From the sequence record MN508616.2: a stretch of 64,000 nt of DNA. The stretch is one strand, 5' to 3'. How positions within the stretch are numbered: the stretch's first letter is position 1; the number at the start of each line of letters is the position of its first letter. The notes under the pieces were generated by a model, which was not told the DNA's origin, did no database searches, and saw only the letters and a program-made list of their open reading frames with translations. The DNA is from Escherichia phage ES19. The position numbers were made by a program, and so were the translations under genes. This document shows, piece after piece, positions 10,433-20,125 of this stretch.

Positions 10433-10631
10433 AGCTAAACTTTTTGGCACCCTTCCAGCCTTCGTACATCATTGCGACTGACAATGACAAAGCTCCTTCA
10501 CATGCTGCATACTTATTATTCCAGAACCAATTTAGAAAAACTTCATCCTCAATACCATTGTGTTTCATGTTCTGGAAAAATTTGGCGCGTTCTTCAGCAA
10601 TTCGCTGCGATAATTTAGATTCAGGATTCAT
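10431..10631 (-). CDS. hypothetical protein
   Basis: 66-aa ORF. Confidence 0.4.
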   Translation of the reverse strand: MNPESKLSQRIAEERAKFFQNMKHNGIEDEVFLNWFWNNKYAACEGALSLSVAMMYEGWKGAKKFS

Positions 10632-10847
10632 TTAAATTTCCCAATTACCATTTTCATCAATAAATTTAATCCAGTCATTTACTGACCACTTAGTTGTATC
10701 GCCTTTTGGAGTAGCATTTAAAGTATATAGCCCTTGCTTAAAAAGCATTCGTTTGATATTCATATTTTCCTCAGCTGTAACGATAACACTCGTTTGATTT
10801 GCGTTTAGCAACTCGTTGAGAAGTATTATAATCAAAATCATCGTCAA
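10632..10847 (-). CDS. hypothetical protein
   Basis: 71-aa ORF. Confidence 0.4.
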   Translation of the reverse strand: MTMILIIILLNELLNANQTSVIVTAEENMNIKRMLFKQGLYTLNATPKGDTTKWSVNDWIKFIDENGNWEI

Positions 10848-11103
10848 TGTAAACTGATTTTTTCAACTTTCTTACTTCACCACGTAATTGACGATTCAAT
10901 TCATTCTTAACCTCTGAATCAACACCTCGCATACGTCGCCATTTATCTGAGCGAAAAATGTTTTCAACCATATCTTTATGACTTACACCATCAGGAGCTT
11001 TACGCTTTCCGAAATAGTCATAATCACGCACTTTTAAGTCTTTACGACGATACGTTTTACCCATGGAGTTTAATTTCCTTAGCAACTGAACTAAATGCAG
11101 CAC
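10771..11103 (-). CDS. hypothetical basic protein
   Basis: 110-aa ORF; overlaps the downstream ORF, start probably internal. Confidence 0.4.
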   Translation of the reverse strand: MLHLVQLLRKLNSMGKTYRRKDLKVRDYDYFGKRKAPDGVSHKDMVENIFRSDKWRRMRGVDSEVKNELNRQLRGEVRKLKKSVYIDDDFDYNTSQRVAKRKSNECYRYS

Positions 11104-11239
11104 GATCGCAAATCATGCGTTTATGTAACTTGAGTATAATATAGCAAACTTCAAAACTATTTACATGAGTAACACGAACAGCATTACCATTAATGAGATA
11201 ATACTGTCCCTTTTTAATTTCTTTATCAACCATAACCAT
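11057..11239 (-). CDS. hypothetical protein
   Basis: 60-aa ORF directly downstream of an early-type promoter. Confidence 0.35.
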   Translation of the reverse strand: MVMVDKEIKKGQYYLINGNAVRVTHVNSFEVCYIILKLHKRMICDRAAFSSVAKEIKLHG

Positions 11240-11269
11240 ATCAATTCCTCAAAGGTAATTCATATGTTA

Positions 11270-11298
11270 ATAATACCACGGTTTGAACTTGTTGTAAA
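11270..11298 (-). promoter_or_regulatory. sigma70-type early promoter (TTTACA-17-TATTAT with extended TGG, A/T-rich UP region)
   Basis: Minus-strand reading of tgtaaa ... ataata; upstream ttttcacaaagttg matches the recurring T4 early-promoter upstream region. Confidence 0.45.
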
Positions 11299-11380
11299 CA
11301 ACTTTGTGAAAAATATTTTAGGGAATGATAAGAAAGGAACGATAGCTTAGAATGGTAATATACAGAATGTAAGAAAGAAA

Positions 11381-11393
11381 GGCCCAGAGGGCC
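11381..11393 (-). terminator. short GC stem-loop after the nrdH stop
   Basis: ggccc-aga-gggcc preceded on plus by an A-rich run. Confidence 0.3.
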
Positions 11394-11397
11394 CGTC

Positions 11398-11706
11398 TTA
11401 GTCTTCTATGATATCTCTATCATATCCAAGTGAAATGAGAGTTTCTTTGAAGTGTTTAATGTTCTTTTGTCTAGAATCATTAATGAAAATGACTGGATAA
11501 CGAATGTTAAGAGATGTGAATCCAGCGCGTTTAGCAAGAGATACAATCAGTGGACGATCATACTCAATCTTACCATTATTTGTAAGAACTTTATAGAAAG
11601 TAAAAGGAGCATTGAGCTCCTTTAGAAGTTTTGTAACTGATTGACATCCAGGACAACGACCAACTTCATCTGGAATTCCATAGACTTCAATCTTATTTTG
11701 TTTCAC
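11398..11706 (-). CDS. nrdH: glutaredoxin-like NrdH
   Basis: 102 aa; CPGC redox motif (GRCPGCQ); position next to nrdG/nrdD. Confidence 0.8.
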   Translation of the reverse strand: MKQNKIEVYGIPDEVGRCPGCQSVTKLLKELNAPFTFYKVLTNNGKIEYDRPLIVSLAKRAGFTSLNIRYPVIFINDSRQKNIKHFKETLISLGYDRDIIED

Positions 11707-11708
11707 AA

Positions 11709-11921
11709 CTATTCCTTACTAAGAGCAGCATTCAACTTATTAGTAATTTTATCCAAACGCTCATTAAACTCACTAGAAGATAAGCCCTTTTCTGGAGAAA
11801 TCAAACTAATTACGAAAAATATAACAATAAAAGGAATAAGGAAAATAGCTCCAACTGCCATAAACAGAAAGAATGTTACAGTTGTAAGAAAATCAGCTAA
11901 ACCTTTACGAAATTTATACAT
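11709..11921 (-). CDS. small membrane protein
   Basis: 70 aa with a long hydrophobic stretch (FLFMAVGAIFLIPFIVIFFVISLI). Confidence 0.4.
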   Translation of the reverse strand: MYKFRKGLADFLTTVTFFLFMAVGAIFLIPFIVIFFVISLISPEKGLSSSEFNERLDKITNKLNAALSKE

Positions 11922-11930
11922 ATTTTACCC

Positions 11931-12044
11931 TTAATTAATTAACCAAGCATTGATAAGCACTAAACTATATTGGGAATAAAATTCTGGACCAAAATGAAAA
12001 ATCATATCATTTATAGTATCCATAATATAATTCAATTTAATCAT
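11931..12044 (-). CDS. possible small ORF (37 aa) coupled to the nrdG stop
   Basis: ATG at 12044 overlaps the nrdG stop region; the track ORF 11931..12155 is an extension into nrdG. Confidence 0.25.
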   Translation of the reverse strand: MIKLNYIMDTINDMIFHFGPEFYSQYSLVLINAWLIN

Positions 12045-12507
12045 GTTTCCACACCCCATCGGTATTTGACCAAAGCCGCTGATTATCTGATCCTCGCCAC
12101 AGCTTTTTAGTCGGAAGATTTTTCTCATACTTCCCATCAATAATAACATCAACATATTTAAGCATTTCTAGTTGTTTAATATCTTCAAATTTATATCCTG
12201 TCCACAACCAAATGCTTTTATTGGGATAAAGATTTTTTACTGTTTGAACAATGCAATGAATAACATCTCGATTATCAGGATAGAGAGGGTCACCTCCGGT
12301 TATAGTCAATCCTTCTATATAATCATTATTCAAACATTCAATTAATTGCTCTAGTGTTTCACCAGTGAATGGAATACCATTTCTAGCATTCCATGTTGAT
12401 TTATTATAACACCCTTCACATTTATGCAAACAACCTGTAACGAAAAGAACGACCCTACAACCAGGGCCATTCACAAAATCGCAAGGATAAAATCTATCAT
12501 AATTCAT
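12037..12507 (-). CDS. nrdG: anaerobic ribonucleotide reductase activating protein (radical SAM)
   Basis: 156 aa; CxxxCxxC motif (CLHKCEGC). Confidence 0.85.
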   Translation of the reverse strand: MNYDRFYPCDFVNGPGCRVVLFVTGCLHKCEGCYNKSTWNARNGIPFTGETLEQLIECLNNDYIEGLTITGGDPLYPDNRDVIHCIVQTVKNLYPNKSIWLWTGYKFEDIKQLEMLKYVDVIIDGKYEKNLPTKKLWRGSDNQRLWSNTDGVWKHD

Positions 12508-14321
12508 TGATGCTTAACCCTATGCATGATTTCTTTATTTTTACCGAGATTAAATCCGCGTTCGTTCGGATTTCCCAAATAACCACATGTTCTTCTTATT
12601 GTGTTCATCTTTTTAGGATCAGTTTCTCCACAAATAGAACAAACAAATCCGTTTTCAGTAGGAGTCATTTCATGGGTGCTTCCGCATGTAAAACACTTAT
12701 CTACTGGCATATTAACACCAAAATAATCTAAATGCTGTGCAGCATAATCCCACACGGCCTCAAGACCTTTTAAGTTATTTTTCATATCAGGAAGTTCAAC
12801 ATAAGAAATGTGACCACCTGTCGCAATGAAATGATATGGCGCTTCACGAGAAATCTTTTCAAACGGAGTAATATTTTCTTCTACTGAAACATGGAAACTG
12901 TTAGTATACCAGCCTTTATCAGTAACATCCTTTACACTTCCATATTTTTCGGTATCAAGTTTACAGAAGCGATAACATAAGTTTTCAGCAGGAGTAGAAT
13001 ACAAACTAAAAGCAAATCCGGTTCTTTCAGTCCATTGTTTAAGATGAGTATTCATTTTAGTTAAAATTTCTTGTCCAATATCACGACCGACAAGAATATT
13101 CAATTCGTGAATACCAATGTATCCTAGAGACACTGAACTTCTACCGTTTTTAAATAACTCAATTATGTCGTCATCAGGTTTAAGACGAACCCCGAATGCA
13201 CCTTCTTGGTAAAGAATAGGAGCAACAGTCGCTTTAACTCCTTTTAAGGAACTAATTCTACACATCAAAGCTTCAAAACATAAATCCATTCGCTCATTGA
13301 ACAATTCAGTAAATTTCTGTTCATTGAACTGTGTTCCAATATAAGAATCTAATGCGATACGAGGAAGATTCAGTGTTACAACACCAAGATTATTACGTCC
13401 ATCAAGAATTTCATTGCCAGTCGAATCTTTCCATACGCTCAAGAAACTACGGCAACCCATCGGAGAAACAGGAACAGATGAACCAGTGATAGCTTTATTG
13501 TTCTTAGCTGAAATAATATCAGGATACATCCTTTTGCTTGCGCACTCTAGAGCAAGCTGTTTAATATCATAGTTCGGATCATCTTTATAAAGATTAACAC
13601 CTTCTTCAACAAACATAACAAGCTTAGGGAAAATAGGAGTTATCCCATCACGACCAAGACCTTTAATACGATTTTTCAGAATTGCTTTCTGAATCATTCG
13701 TTCAGTCCAGTCAGTTCCCGTACCAAATGTAATTGTTACAAAAGGCGTTTGTCCGTTTGAACTAAAGAGAGTGTTTACTTCATATTCATAAGCTTGAAAT
13801 GCATCGTATACGTCTTTTTCTGTTTTAGATTGAGCATAATTCAACGCATCAGCGATTTGCCATTTTTCTGCATCCTCAATATGTTTTGCATAGGTGCGTT
13901 TAACATAAGGAGAAAGTACTTTATCTACATTCGCAAAAGTCGTTCCGCCGTATTGATGGGAAGCAACTTGCGCAGTAATTTGCGCCATAATTGCAGTAGC
14001 AACGCCAATTGATTTAGGAGTTTCAATCTGTGCATTACCAAGCTTAAATCCGTTTTCAAGCATTCCTTTTAAATCTACTAAACAACAATTAGTAAATGGA
14101 AGAGCAGGGGAATAATCAATATCATGGAAATGAATAATTCCGCTTTCATGCGCTTTCATAATAAAAGACGGGACCATATTTTTGGCAATGTGTTTAGACA
14201 CAATACCAGCCATAAGGTCCCGTTGAGTTGGAAAAACACGAGAATCTTTATTAGCATTCTCGTTTAAAAGGTCTTTATTAGTTTTATGAATCAATCCTTC
14301 AATTTCTTTTTCAATTGTCAT
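12504..14321 (-). CDS. nrdD: anaerobic ribonucleoside-triphosphate reductase, intronless
   Basis: 605 aa continuous ORF; C-terminal glycyl-radical motif RRTCGYLG and Zn-ribbon Cys cluster (CFTCGS ... CSICG); T4 carries a group I intron here, absent in this sequence. Confidence 0.9.
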   Translation of the reverse strand: MTIEKEIEGLIHKTNKDLLNENANKDSRVFPTQRDLMAGIVSKHIAKNMVPSFIMKAHESGIIHFHDIDYSPALPFTNCCLVDLKGMLENGFKLGNAQIETPKSIGVATAIMAQITAQVASHQYGGTTFANVDKVLSPYVKRTYAKHIEDAEKWQIADALNYAQSKTEKDVYDAFQAYEYEVNTLFSSNGQTPFVTITFGTGTDWTERMIQKAILKNRIKGLGRDGITPIFPKLVMFVEEGVNLYKDDPNYDIKQLALECASKRMYPDIISAKNNKAITGSSVPVSPMGCRSFLSVWKDSTGNEILDGRNNLGVVTLNLPRIALDSYIGTQFNEQKFTELFNERMDLCFEALMCRISSLKGVKATVAPILYQEGAFGVRLKPDDDIIELFKNGRSSVSLGYIGIHELNILVGRDIGQEILTKMNTHLKQWTERTGFAFSLYSTPAENLCYRFCKLDTEKYGSVKDVTDKGWYTNSFHVSVEENITPFEKISREAPYHFIATGGHISYVELPDMKNNLKGLEAVWDYAAQHLDYFGVNMPVDKCFTCGSTHEMTPTENGFVCSICGETDPKKMNTIRRTCGYLGNPNERGFNLGKNKEIMHRVKHQ

Positions 14322-14791
14322 TTTAAACTCTTTCTAAGCTGCTTCTTAAATGAAGCTATTAATTGTGTTTTAGTGTCAGATTCATTATATTCAAATCCTC
14401 TTTGAAGCATCTCGGCCATCATTTCCTCTTTTCCTAAACGAGAAAATTCCTTTGATTTATCTCCAACAAAGTTAGGGTGAATATTATTTTGGGTGTAATC
14501 GGATTTTAAATAAGTAAGTAAATTTTCTAACCATTCAAGATAATCAACACCTTGCCCCTTTAATCCAGAACGATTAAATTTATGCTTCATTTGACCTTCT
14601 GCGGCATTGCAGAGATTACAAAGCAATCCACGTACCTTTCCTGCTTTTGGTCCATTTAATTCATGGTCATGATCAAGATGATTAGCTTGAACATCAGGAT
14701 TTAGTTCTCGTTGGCAAATTAAACATTTACCGTTTTGTGCATCATAAAATTTCTGTTTTTCTTCTTTATATAATTTGCCAGTCAATAACAT
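14318..14791 (-). CDS. 49: endonuclease VII (Holliday junction resolvase)
   Basis: 157 aa; CxxC pairs and His-rich HLDHDHE motif; matches T4 gp49 length and position after nrdD. Confidence 0.85.
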   Translation of the reverse strand: MLLTGKLYKEEKQKFYDAQNGKCLICQRELNPDVQANHLDHDHELNGPKAGKVRGLLCNLCNAAEGQMKHKFNRSGLKGQGVDYLEWLENLLTYLKSDYTQNNIHPNFVGDKSKEFSRLGKEEMMAEMLQRGFEYNESDTKTQLIASFKKQLRKSLK

Positions 14792-14832
14792 AATAAACCC
14801 TTACCTTAAATAGATAAGGGTATTTATTATTT

Positions 14833-15318
14833 TCAAGTATTGTAAAACATTTGATGCAATCGCTTATATTGCCGAATCTTTTGGTCAGAAAAAGAAATTT
14901 GAGTTTCAAGCCATTCAATATATTCTGCCGCAGCTTGCATCAAATTTCCTTCATAGCCATCGTTATTTTCTTGTGCAGCTAATTTAGCTAATGCATATGA
15001 AATACGTTCACCTTGAAAACCGGCTTTAGGCTTCTGAACAACTTGATTAGTTCGCTCTACAACTTCTTCAATTTCGCCATTTTCTACTGATTCAGTATTC
15101 CACAAGCACCAATACGTAATTGGCTTATCGTAGATGTTAATAATCTTTCCATCAGAAAGTTCAATTTCAATAATTCCAGTATCAGGCTCTATATCATCTT
15201 CACATTCTTTTGCAAGTTCACGAACTTTAAAGACAGTACCTGCACTAAGTTCCGGCCAGTAATTACACAGCCCTGTATCAGCACGATTAATTCTAAACCA
15301 CTTATCTACTGTAATCAT
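14833..15318 (-). CDS. hypothetical protein at the T4 pin (protease inhibitor) position
   Basis: 161 aa from the first ATG (MITVDKW...); assignment is by position and size only. Confidence 0.45.
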   Translation of the reverse strand: MITVDKWFRINRADTGLCNYWPELSAGTVFKVRELAKECEDDIEPDTGIIEIELSDGKIINIYDKPITYWCLWNTESVENGEIEEVVERTNQVVQKPKAGFQGERISYALAKLAAQENNDGYEGNLMQAAAEYIEWLETQISFSDQKIRQYKRLHQMFYNT

Positions 15319-15441
15319 GTCCCATCTCCATATCAATTAAGTCATTTATCGTTGGTTCATTATATATTGTTTCTTCATCAGTGTAAACCGGTTCTTCCGG
15401 CTCTGGCTCTACAGTTTCCCATCTAGCCGCCCACCAAGGTT

Positions 15442-15762
15442 TTATAGCGTAATCCATTCTCGTACTGTCTGAGTTACTACACGTTCATGGGGCTCGACTA
15501 GTTCAACAGTCGGAACTGCATAATACCAGTCAGAATGATAAGAACCTGACCGAGATTCATTTACAGCCACATGTACATTATGTTTTGGACTAAAGTAAAC
15601 ACACTGACGATATTGACATTTACCATCTTGCACCCAGTCTTCCATTTCGACAGGTTTAAGATAATCGGAAAAATCGAAATCATAGTTTTCCGAAAATGCA
15701 TCATGGTCTTCAATGATTTCGCTCAGAACTGCATCAACATCTAATTTATTTTCAATAGTCAT
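15442..15762 (-). CDS. hypothetical protein (49.x position)
   Basis: 106-aa acidic ORF. Confidence 0.45.
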   Translation of the reverse strand: MTIENKLDVDAVLSEIIEDHDAFSENYDFDFSDYLKPVEMEDWVQDGKCQYRQCVYFSPKHNVHVAVNESRSGSYHSDWYYAVPTVELVEPHERVVTQTVREWITL

Positions 15763-15772
15763 TTTTCACCAA

Positions 15773-15943
15773 TTAATTTCGCAATTTATTAAGTTCTTCA
15801 TAATCAATCCAGGATTCTAATCCTGATGGCAAATCAGATTCAATTTCCCAAAGAAGCTCTTCAATTTTCTGAAGACGATCTAGTTCTTCGGCTGGAATAG
15901 TAACCATTGACGGAGCTCGTGATACATTAATATCGTAAATCAT
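15773..15943 (-). CDS. small ORF (56 aa) below the track threshold
   Basis: ATG at 15943, translated by hand (MIYDINVSRAPSMVTIPAEELDRLQKIEELLWEIESDLPSGLESWIDYEELNKLRN); fills the gap between flanking genes. Confidence 0.35.
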   Translation of the reverse strand: MIYDINVSRAPSMVTIPAEELDRLQKIEELLWEIESDLPSGLESWIDYEELNKLRN

Positions 15944-15945
15944 AT

Positions 15946-16161
15946 TTACCCCAATTTAACCATACAATCGCCGTATTTCCACTTAGAAATAGACTTTTCA
16001 CCATTAGAATAATAAACTTCGAGTTTAGCACGATTATTTTTAATTTGAATAACCTTGGCTGTCATCAAAGTTCCATACCCATAATAAACTGCAACTTCAT
16101 CACCTACATATACCGCGCTTCCGCGGTAATCATGAATATAGTCAGTTCCTTCGAGCATCAT
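15946..16161 (-). CDS. hypothetical protein (49.x position)
   Basis: 71-aa ORF coupled to nrdC. Confidence 0.45.
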   Translation of the reverse strand: MMLEGTDYIHDYRGSAVYVGDEVAVYYGYGTLMTAKVIQIKNNRAKLEVYYSNGEKSISKWKYGDCMVKLG

Positions 16162-16421
16162 TTAAAATATTCTCGCAGTTGGTCAAATCCACCAATATGA
16201 CTTCCATCAGGAGCAAATACCTGAGGCATTGTCAAGCCGATTTGAGTATCACGACCTAGTTTAGTCAGAAGCTCAGCGATTTTCTCATCATCAAAAACAC
16301 CTTTTTCCGGCATAATGTTGATAAATTCAAACGGCTGTTTCTTCACAGTCAAAAGACGTTTTGCATTATCGCAATACACGCATTTATGAATGTTGCTATC
16401 ATAACCATATACTTTAAACAT
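16158..16421 (-). CDS. nrdC: thioredoxin/glutaredoxin NrdC
   Basis: 87 aa; CVYC active site; T4 NrdC length. Confidence 0.85.
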   Translation of the reverse strand: MFKVYGYDSNIHKCVYCDNAKRLLTVKKQPFEFINIMPEKGVFDDEKIAELLTKLGRDTQIGLTMPQVFAPDGSHIGGFDQLREYFK

Positions 16422-16422
16422 A

Positions 16423-16665
16423 TTATTCCTTAATTCCTAGTACTTGTTTAAAAGTCTCGTCGTAATCAAGACTTTGGCCCGTTTGTTCTTTATGTTTGTA
16501 TATAATATCACTTACTTCTGATAGCATATTTTTATATGAACGAGTTAAAGCAGATTTAAGCACGCTGTATCTATCAGGAAATTTACCGTGTTCATTATAA
16601 TAAGCTATTGCTAATTCACGGACTGCCTTTTCAGCAGCCTCCATATATTCTTTACGATTGGTCAT
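16423..16665 (-). CDS. hypothetical protein (nrdC.1 position)
   Basis: 80-aa ORF. Confidence 0.5.
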   Translation of the reverse strand: MTNRKEYMEAAEKAVRELAIAYYNEHGKFPDRYSVLKSALTRSYKNMLSEVSDIIYKHKEQTGQSLDYDETFKQVLGIKE

Positions 16666-16667
16666 TT

Positions 16668-17057
16668 TTAATCCAAAATATTATTAGGCATTGGTTGAAC
16701 ACTCACAAGTTCTTTAAAGAACTCAGTAGAGTCAGGCAATTTAACCATTTCCGGAGCATGCTTACTGAATTTATGTTTACATTGACGGCATTTATATTCA
16801 AGCTCTGGTTTACGCCAGTTAATCAACTGAACTTGTTCAGTACCGCATTCAGGGCAATTAGGAACGTTTTTAGAAGCTCTTTCACGTCGTTCAACCATAG
16901 CCATAATAGCATCCCATGCTGGAGGTTTAAAATCTAAATCGTCGCAGCCGTGAATCTTTCCACGCATTTCCATATCATCTTCCTCACCAGCCATAATAAT
17001 TTTAATTAAACTGGAATTACTTGAAGCTGCAATGTCTTCTAATAAACGCTTTTTCAT
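16668..17057 (-). CDS. hypothetical Zn-ribbon protein (nrdC.2 position)
   Basis: 129 aa; CPECG ... CRQC four-Cys motif. Confidence 0.5.
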   Translation of the reverse strand: MKKRLLEDIAASSNSSLIKIIMAGEEDDMEMRGKIHGCDDLDFKPPAWDAIMAMVERRERASKNVPNCPECGTEQVQLINWRKPELEYKCRQCKHKFSKHAPEMVKLPDSTEFFKELVSVQPMPNNILD

Positions 17058-17983
17058 TTCAATACCTCAATAGCATTACGTAAACCATTTGCTTTTGCAT
17101 TAAGAGCTTTTAACAATTTGGTGTGTTCTGCAATTTGGGCTTCAACTTCAATCAAACGGGCATTGAGATATTCACGTTCTTCACTCAGATTATCAACCTT
17201 TTCTACTTTAGGCTCTTTTACAACTGTCTTATATGTATTAGGGTTCTTCAGTTTAATTAGAATGCGTGAACTGTATAACATTGAACCATTATCTTCGGTT
17301 TCGTCATACATTTCCACTACGTCCATAATTTTTAACATCATGCGGAGTTTATAAGACAACGAACGAATAGTTTTGTTGTGCTTATTAATTTCTTTAGCTG
17401 TCATGGTGCCAAGATTACGTGAGTAATAATAAGGAACCTGGATATTAATTAATACTGATGAACCACCTGGCTTGTGTGTTACTTCATCAGCAATAACCCA
17501 GTCCTTAACATGAACTGTATTTGTACGGTTATCGCCCGCGGTAAATAGTTTGCGAGCATGCTTAAAAAGCATATTCACTTGGTCATTGAATTGACAAGCA
17601 AATTTATCAGCAAATTTAGTTTCAGGAATGGTAGAAAACCAATCAGCCAAATGAGTCTTTTTAACATCATTAACAATAGTAAATTCAACCAAATCGGTTA
17701 TAGATGTCTCAGATTTAATGAAGCTCGGCTTCATAAAGTTTTTAATGTTCTCATGAGCTACAGTAGAAGATAACATACGAGAACGTTTAAACCATTCAAG
17801 CAAATTGCCTAACGAATGAGAATAAGCGTTTTGAGTATCTTTACAGATATGATTTTCCTGACCAACATATTGAAGGAAATCACGAAGAATATTATTGATT
17901 ACTGCTCTGTGTCCTATCTGATAATTACGATGTTTAGTAATAAGACTGTCAAAATAATCAATATAATGTTTACGAGTTTTCAT
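17054..17983 (-). CDS. hypothetical protein with C-terminal coiled coil (nrdC.3 position)
   Basis: 309 aa; heptad-like C-terminus. Confidence 0.5.
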   Translation of the reverse strand: MKTRKHYIDYFDSLITKHRNYQIGHRAVINNILRDFLQYVGQENHICKDTQNAYSHSLGNLLEWFKRSRMLSSTVAHENIKNFMKPSFIKSETSITDLVEFTIVNDVKKTHLADWFSTIPETKFADKFACQFNDQVNMLFKHARKLFTAGDNRTNTVHVKDWVIADEVTHKPGGSSVLINIQVPYYYSRNLGTMTAKEINKHNKTIRSLSYKLRMMLKIMDVVEMYDETEDNGSMLYSSRILIKLKNPNTYKTVVKEPKVEKVDNLSEEREYLNARLIEVEAQIAEHTKLLKALNAKANGLRNAIEVLK

Positions 17984-18035
17984 GTTCTTCTCACTTGGTT
18001 AATGGTTTATACTCCAAGCCATCCTTGGCTTTAAA

Positions 18036-19037
18036 TTACTTAATTAACTGTAAAGCTTGTTCAAGACGATCAAGACGATTAACGGATTCTTCCCAAATCT
18101 TTTTAGCCTGCTCATATTCTTTCTGCGCTTTATTAGAAATTTCTAGAACTTCTTTATAAGCTTTTTCTAGTGCAATAACTTCTGGACGAATTTCTACTGG
18201 TTCAGGCGAATCGTCAAGACATTCCATTAGTTCCTCAAGGGTAGTTTCTTCTTTAGGAGTATTCACAATTTCATCACATTTTTGTTGGTAAATTTCTTTA
18301 TCAGTCGGTGAGTACGCACACTTTACTTCACGGAGACTAACTACAATTTTATATCCTTCCCAACCGCATATATTCTTAAAAGGATAAGTATGAATATTTT
18401 CTACTGTTTCCATACAAAGTAATGCGGTCTCTAACTGACGAGTTATATCGCTAGCAATTGAGAAAAATTTATTAATGTTCTTTTGATTAGCTTCTGGTGT
18501 AAAAAATTCATAATTCACAAAAATAGCTGCTTTATTTTTATCAAGCTCATATTCTTTTATGATAATCATATCAGAAGCCCAAGGATGGATTTGACGATAA
18601 TCACCATAGCATAATTTAGAAGCTGATTTTAGAATTTGCTTCTTGAAAAGTCTAAAATTACTAATCCAACGACGAGTAAAAATATTCTCAGGGTCTTCTT
18701 TATTATTAAGATGATAAGAATTAACATCACCGAACCAACTGTATCCTACTACATCTTTAGTTCGTTTAATTTCTTTCCCAAATTTACCAAGAATATCTTG
18801 ATTAACTAAATATGAAAGAAGACGAGAACCTTTAAAAGTTTCCTTAATATCATCTTTATATTCGCGACTAGAAATTTTATGAACTTCATGAATAAATTTG
18901 CTTGAAGAAACAATACTTGCATCAATATTATTGAGCCATTGATTGATAATGGAAATAACACTATTCTGACTAAACACAGGTTTAACTTTATCATCAATAA
19001 CGCTATTGAATGATTTGATATATTCGTTACGAGTCAT
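18036..19037 (-). CDS. hypothetical protein with C-terminal coiled coil (nrdC.4 position)
   Basis: 333 aa from ATG at 19037 (MTRNEY...) with RBS GAGGAGA; the track start 19088 lies inside the upstream promoter. Confidence 0.5.
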   Translation of the reverse strand: MTRNEYIKSFNSVIDDKVKPVFSQNSVISIINQWLNNIDASIVSSSKFIHEVHKISSREYKDDIKETFKGSRLLSYLVNQDILGKFGKEIKRTKDVVGYSWFGDVNSYHLNNKEDPENIFTRRWISNFRLFKKQILKSASKLCYGDYRQIHPWASDMIIIKEYELDKNKAAIFVNYEFFTPEANQKNINKFFSIASDITRQLETALLCMETVENIHTYPFKNICGWEGYKIVVSLREVKCAYSPTDKEIYQQKCDEIVNTPKEETTLEELMECLDDSPEPVEIRPEVIALEKAYKEVLEISNKAQKEYEQAKKIWEESVNRLDRLEQALQLIK

Positions 19038-19065
19038 ATTAATCTCCTCAGTAGAAAGTAAGAAC

Positions 19066-19094
19066 ATTATACCACATCCTTGTGGCAAAGTAAA
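19066..19094 (-). promoter_or_regulatory. sigma70-type early promoter (TTTACT-17-TATAAT, extended TGG)
   Basis: Minus-strand reading of agtaaa ... attata between the two paralogous genes. Confidence 0.45.
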
Positions 19095-20117
19095 CTAGTT
19101 TAGTGCATTTAGTGCGTTGTTCAGTTTAGAACGTTGCTTCGTAAGATTTTTGACTTTTTCTTGAGCTTTTTCTAGCATCTTTTCAGCTTCTAACACTTCA
19201 TTAGTTGCTTTAACGAGTTCATCATCTACTGCCTTGATAGACTTCTCAATCGCATCCGCGTGCCATTTTTCAACAGGTTTAAGACTCGGATTTTCAACAG
19301 GAAGAAAATTCACTTTATTGAATTTCCATGTATCTTTATTACCTGAACTATACATCCAAAATTTAGGATCGTTTGATGAGTAATTGGATAAATTTAAGAT
19401 ATCTTGCACTTCCTGCTTTTTCTCTTGCGGGACTTCGTCCTTTCTCAAAAAATCGTATTTAAATGAAACGATCATATCAAGTTCATACGTTGTTGTATGT
19501 TCCCAATTTCGCTCAAAATGAGGTAAAATCTTAGACTGAACCGCGGCAACTACATCCATATACTTAAATGCTTCTGTCAACTGTGATTTAAGGCATTCAC
19601 AAATTGAAAGAGAATTTTTTGTATTAGGTTTAAAGCTAATTCGTGCAGTTCTGTTATTTTCTTTTAATGGTCTTACTTCCATCTGAAGAGTATAACCATC
19701 AAATTTCAGATTCTTTAAGTTAATATCAGAACCTTTTAATCGACTAGCAGTAGACAAAATTTGCTTTAATTGTTTACGGAATAGAGCAATAAATCTCCAT
19801 TCAATACGATAATGATTTGGATTGAAAAATCCAGATGATAAATCGACCTTACTCTGACCAACACCTTGAACAAATAGAGGATTTTTATAATCAATAGTTT
19901 TACAGAAATCGGTGAGCTGTTCACGAGCAGTCATTTGAGTAATATACCCAGCTTCATTAAAATTACGCACCCATTCACTGCTGTTCAGATGTTTAAAGGC
20001 GTGAATGGAACAATTAACTTTACCAAGGTCTAAATTATTTTCACACAAAAATGTCATAGCATCACGAGTATAGCTGGCATTACGAACCATATCTTCAATT
20101 TGAGAACGAGTTTTCAT
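19095..20117 (-). CDS. hypothetical protein, paralog of the preceding gene (nrdC.5 position)
   Basis: 340 aa; shares a motif (RIEWRFIALFRKQLKQILSTASRL vs TRRWISNFRLFKKQILKSASKL) and a C-terminal coiled coil with 18036..19037. Confidence 0.5.
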   Translation of the reverse strand: MKTRSQIEDMVRNASYTRDAMTFLCENNLDLGKVNCSIHAFKHLNSSEWVRNFNEAGYITQMTAREQLTDFCKTIDYKNPLFVQGVGQSKVDLSSGFFNPNHYRIEWRFIALFRKQLKQILSTASRLKGSDINLKNLKFDGYTLQMEVRPLKENNRTARISFKPNTKNSLSICECLKSQLTEAFKYMDVVAAVQSKILPHFERNWEHTTTYELDMIVSFKYDFLRKDEVPQEKKQEVQDILNLSNYSSNDPKFWMYSSGNKDTWKFNKVNFLPVENPSLKPVEKWHADAIEKSIKAVDDELVKATNEVLEAEKMLEKAQEKVKNLTKQRSKLNNALNALN

Positions 20118-20125
20118 AGTGTTCC

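Noticed and set aside
14318-14791. Endonuclease VII His/Cys motifs as a possible homing endonuclease
   Set aside because: Length, position after nrdD and sequence fit the essential Holliday-junction resolvase gp49, not a mobile HNH element.
9111-17773. Plus-strand ORFs 9111..9308, 10444..10635, 11165..11350, 11641..11934, 12507..12731, 13794..14012, 16608..16937, 17118..17354, 17558..17773, 17816..18034
   Set aside because: All antisense to the continuous minus-strand early gene array; some cross promoters or terminators assigned to the minus strand.
18806-18997. Minus-strand ORF 18806..18997
   Set aside because: Alternate frame inside the 333-aa gene 18036..19037.
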